The position numbers and the translations under genes are program-made. From contig JADGIF010000235.1 of assembly GCA_018985225.1 (NCBI GenBank), positions 1-13,348 of the forward strand: a stretch of 13,348 nucleotides of DNA, given 5' to 3'. Positions 10,283-13,348 of the stretch are shown piece after piece. The notes below the pieces were generated by a model. The model saw only the letters and a program-made list of their open reading frames with translations. It had not been told where the DNA came from and made no database searches. The stretch is from Amoeboradix gromovi X-113 (Eukaryota; Fungi; Sanchytriomycota). Every line of letters starts with the position of its first letter. Positions within the stretch are counted from its first letter, which is position 1.

Positions 10283-10708
10283 GCTCTAAGAAAAATAAAC
10301 GGAGGGGGTAAGAGTGGCGAGTAAAATATATACTCTAATCGAGTGAGTAGATGACGAAAACCCTACTAAACAGTACCTGAGTCTGACTACTACAAGACTT
10401 ATGAGACCATCTCTGCACCGTTGGAATCATCCTTACTGTATCAAATTCAAAAAAGTATGATCTCGTGTATGGGATTTTTCGCTATAAATGAGCTACGCTA
10501 CGAATATAAAATATTATGTAAAATTGGTGAAAGAAGTAACCGATATACTGTGGTGGCGTTACTTACAAGCGCAACTGAGAGGACTACTGCAGCATGCTTC
10601 ACTAGGCTTGTAGGCTGTGTCGCAACTAAAACGCTATTAAATTACCAATCGAGTTCTCGAAATAAGACTTGCATGAAACTATCAAAGTTAGTACCAAAAT
10701 ACTATTTA

Positions 10709-11590
10709 TTAAGCCCTATTCTCTGCCGCATAAGAATTAGCTTGTCCTGGGTGACCGCTAAACTCTTGCGACTGCTCAGTATCACCAGCAATATCATTGG
10801 TTTTTGGATTTTCCCCATAGTATGAATGCTGAGAACTAGGTTTCCTTGTCAGAGTTTCTGAGCTCAGCTTTCTCTGATTATAATCGGTGCAGAAAATCCC
10901 CTTAAATAAAGTTCCTACGACTATAGCAGAACAAATTGGAGCAACCCAGTAAACCCATTGATTTGTCCAAACTCCAGAAACAACAGATGGTCCGAAAGAT
11001 CTTGCTGGGTTCATAGAAGCACCTGTTAACTCCTTGGAAATCAAAACACCAACCACTACACTAAATCCAATAGAGATTGGAGCCAAAATAATGCCGTTCT
11101 TACCTGTAGTGCACACTACTACAAACAGCAAGATCGATGTTATCATAAACTCCAATAAAAACCCTTGACCATCCGTAATATCAGGACCAAGTGTGGTGGC
11201 ACTCAATGATTGCCATTTACCTACACTTCCTCGGAATAAAGCAGCACCAACTATAGCAGCAACCAGTTGAGTGAGGATGTACAAAATGCAAATGGCTGGA
11301 GATATGGATCTCTTAATTGCCAAAACTAGCGAAATTGCTGGATTAAAATGCCCACCACTAATTCCAGAAAATGTGGACACAATTGCAACTAATGCTAATC
11401 CTTGAGTGAACGCTGTGACCAAGGCTGCAGTACCAGCATCGGTGTTCATGTACTGTTTCGGCACTACAGCGGATGCGCTGACAGCGTAGATAAACAGCAA
11501 GGTGCCTATAAACTCAGCTAGTATTCTTCTCCAAACTGTTGACACAGGCAATTTTTTGTATTCGGTTTCTTTGAATGGATTTTTAATCAT
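10709..11590 (-). CDS. Aquaporin / major intrinsic protein (MIP), 293 aa
   Basis: AEFIGTLLF in TM1, SGGHFNPAIS (NPA1), LEFMITSIL, TGASMNPARSFGP (NPA2), WVYWVAP, six hydrophobic segments. Confidence 0.97.
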   Translation of the reverse strand: MIKNPFKETEYKKLPVSTVWRRILAEFIGTLLFIYAVSASAVVPKQYMNTDAGTAALVTAFTQGLALVAIVSTFSGISGGHFNPAISLVLAIKRSISPAICILYILTQLVAAIVGAALFRGSVGKWQSLSATTLGPDITDGQGFLLEFMITSILLFVVVCTTGKNGIILAPISIGFSVVVGVLISKELTGASMNPARSFGPSVVSGVWTNQWVYWVAPICSAIVVGTLFKGIFCTDYNQRKLSSETLTRKPSSQHSYYGENPKTNDIAGDTEQSQEFSGHPGQANSYAAENRA

Positions 11591-12178
11591 TACCTGTCAC
11601 AAATTTAGACTGCGTGAAAGTAGATAACTATAAGACTAAAATTAGAGTACTGCGATTATAAATTGATTCCCGAAATAGACGTGAGGACCTCGATTGAATA
11701 AATCATTCATCGCGATTTAATTTCTTCGCTCTAGTACTTATGCTACAATTTATAGTTCACTAAAAATGTGATTTCAGTTCTTTTCATCTACCTCAAATGT
11801 CTTCAAATTGTCACAAACAGAGTATGCCAAACTTGAAGAGATAACCAAGAAGTGTTACCTCAAGTCTTCTGCACCCAGAAGTTAGTCTAAATGAAACCTG
11901 ATACAAAGAGATGGAAAAACATGATTTAACATAATGAAGCACTGACTAGCCAGTTGTGTACTGATTGTAGAACTCTTAAGATAAACAATTTGGAAACTGT
12001 ACAAAATGTCATTTGGAAGTAGACAGAGACCATATGACAGCAAGCAAGACATACTTGAAATACACGCATCCGTATTTAATCGTGCCTCAAAATATTAGTG
12101 TGAGCGATTGGCTCTCTGACCTTCTCTGTCGAAACTATTGATTTCTGGTAAATTACGACTTTAGATGGGAATTATGCT

Positions 12179-13142
12179 TTACTTAATTTTGTTTGTGTAA
12201 ATAATTCGATGTACTAATGATAAATCAAAAACGTGTCTCTGTAAATGAAAATCCAATTGAGTAGGTAGCAGTTTTGAATACTCTCTAGTCTTTTCAATCA
12301 AATAAGCCGCATCAAGACTTGGAAAGCTCCTAAGTAACTTCACCGGTGAAGGATGTTCTAGTATATCTTTTCTCATCTTGATTAGCTGAGCTGCAATGCA
12401 TATTATATTCAAATGTACACCATGTGCAAAATAAAAATCCCACAGCTTCAATACTTCTGAGAGGGGTGGGGTAGCTGATGATAGTGTCATTATAGCTAAG
12501 TTAGAATGAATTACAAGGGAATGCGTATATCTCTGCGGAAAGACTTTTTGATCTTAAGTAATTGTACAGTTCATTGTCTAGATGCTCCAAACAAGAATCC
12601 AACAAAAGAGCACCGCACCGGACACCCTCTGTGTTCTTTTGAACATAAGTGGGGCAGCTATATTGTATTAGTTGTGAGAAGCTGTAAAAAGCGTCGACCT
12701 CGTTCATGACAAACAGAAACGGAGCTGCCAAGGCATTCATTCCTTGTACGTAATAAAATAAACATTTTGTAGAATCCGATGTAAAAGAGAGATTTTTGTC
12801 CTTCATGTCCCATACGAAGGCATTTAAAGTTCGCAACAGCATATGTTCATCAACTACTAGCTTGAATTGTTCATCGGTTTTTAACGTTCTATGTGTGTCG
12901 TTCTTAATCTTCCCATATGCTTCACTGGCACCTTTCTGAACAAGTGTAATATATCTTTTAGATGAAACTACCTTGATTCCTAGTAATGCCTTCCAAACCA
13001 TGCCTCTTTGTGAATTTGATGACGCGTCTATTTTTTCATTGCTTAAGGTGACTCCATTTAATATCTGTTCAATAATTTCTCTGGTACTACTATCAGAGTC
13101 TTTTATCGTTTTGTTTATTTTCTCTAATAAGATGGTAGACAT
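12179..13142 (-). CDS. BUB2: Bub2/Cdc16 TBC-domain GAP (mitotic exit / spindle position checkpoint); two exons, 13142-12515 and 12495-12179, 314 aa spliced
   Basis: TBC motifs RGMVWKALLG, IKNDTHRT (Arg finger), YVQGMN (Gln finger), EVDAF, CPTYV, TPPLSEVLKLWDF and GVHLNI are spread over two adjacent ORFs. Removing 12496-12514 fuses them in frame (628+317=945 nt) and gives the family-like AEIYAFPSIMTL junction. Confidence 0.92.
12496..12514 (-). other. 19-nt spliceosomal intron (phase 1) in BUB2: GTAATTCATTCTAACTTAG
   Basis: GTAAT donor, CTAAC branch point, TAG acceptor. It contains the stop of the upstream ORF, and its removal restores the frame and the conserved FPS junction. Confidence 0.87.
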
Positions 13143-13180
13143 TTTTCCAAAATCTTGGCTTGTTTTACTTTTTTACATAC

Positions 13181-13348
13181 GGGACATCAAATATAAAAAC
13201 TAGACTAACTTTTTGTAACAACTTGGAACATTATTTCAGCTTTATTACTTTATGGATTTAAGAGGCGAGTGGACATTCAGCTAGTTGCGGAGTTGACGAG
13301 TATGAAAGGAGAATAAATAACTATTATAAATAACTTTTTGTATCGAAA
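13181..13348 (-). repeat. Right copy of the non-coding repeat, running to the window end
   Basis: Reverse complement of 186-339 with a 13-nt insertion (ttatttataatag on the minus strand, resembling a local duplication) and a 1-nt insertion. It ends 38 nt before the BUB2 ATG. Confidence 0.97.

Noticed and set aside
10286-10300. GTTTATTTTTCTTAG 15-nt intron-like stretch before the CSF1 ATG
   Set aside because: Poor donor, no branch point, and not needed for the reading frame.
10421-10825. 134-aa plus-strand ORF
   Set aside because: TTG start, antisense overlap with the aquaporin 3' end, no motifs.
11800-11839. Short inverted repeat TCTTCAA/TTGAAGA, and TACTCTT/AAGAGTA matches within 36-160
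   Set aside because: 7-bp stems are expected by chance in AT-rich DNA. No tRNA, snRNA or snoRNA signature was recognised in any intergenic region.
12179-13142. BUB2 as a frameshifted pseudogene or two separate genes
   Set aside because: A canonical GT..CTAAC..AG segment restores the frame and conserved residues exactly, and the catalytic R and Q fingers are intact.
186-13348. Whole window as an autonomous DNA transposon, Polinton or Starship
   Set aside because: No transposase, integrase, tyrosine recombinase or polymerase. The cargo is mostly housekeeping genes, and a TSD cannot be assessed.

Overview
AT-rich, gene-dense eukaryotic nuclear DNA in the standard genetic code. The Mdm31, Csf1, Bub2 and Yos9 homologues suggest a compact, fast-evolving fungus or close relative with true mitochondria (inference). 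Six genes: a Yos9/OS-9 ER lectin (+), then on the minus strand Mdm31/32, a 61-aa putatively secreted orphan, a shortened intronless Csf1/BLTP1 lipid-bridge protein, an aquaporin, and Bub2/Cdc16. Main oddities: (1) BUB2 is split by what appears to be a 19-nt GT-AG spliceosomal intron with a CTAAC branch point; (2) the window is bracketed by a ~155-bp, ~95% identical non-coding inverted repeat, each copy just upstream of an inward-pointing gene; (3) G/C skew flips inside CSF1 roughly midway between the repeats and reshapes the protein's composition; (4) A(A/G)TAAA hexamers sit on or next to every stop codon.
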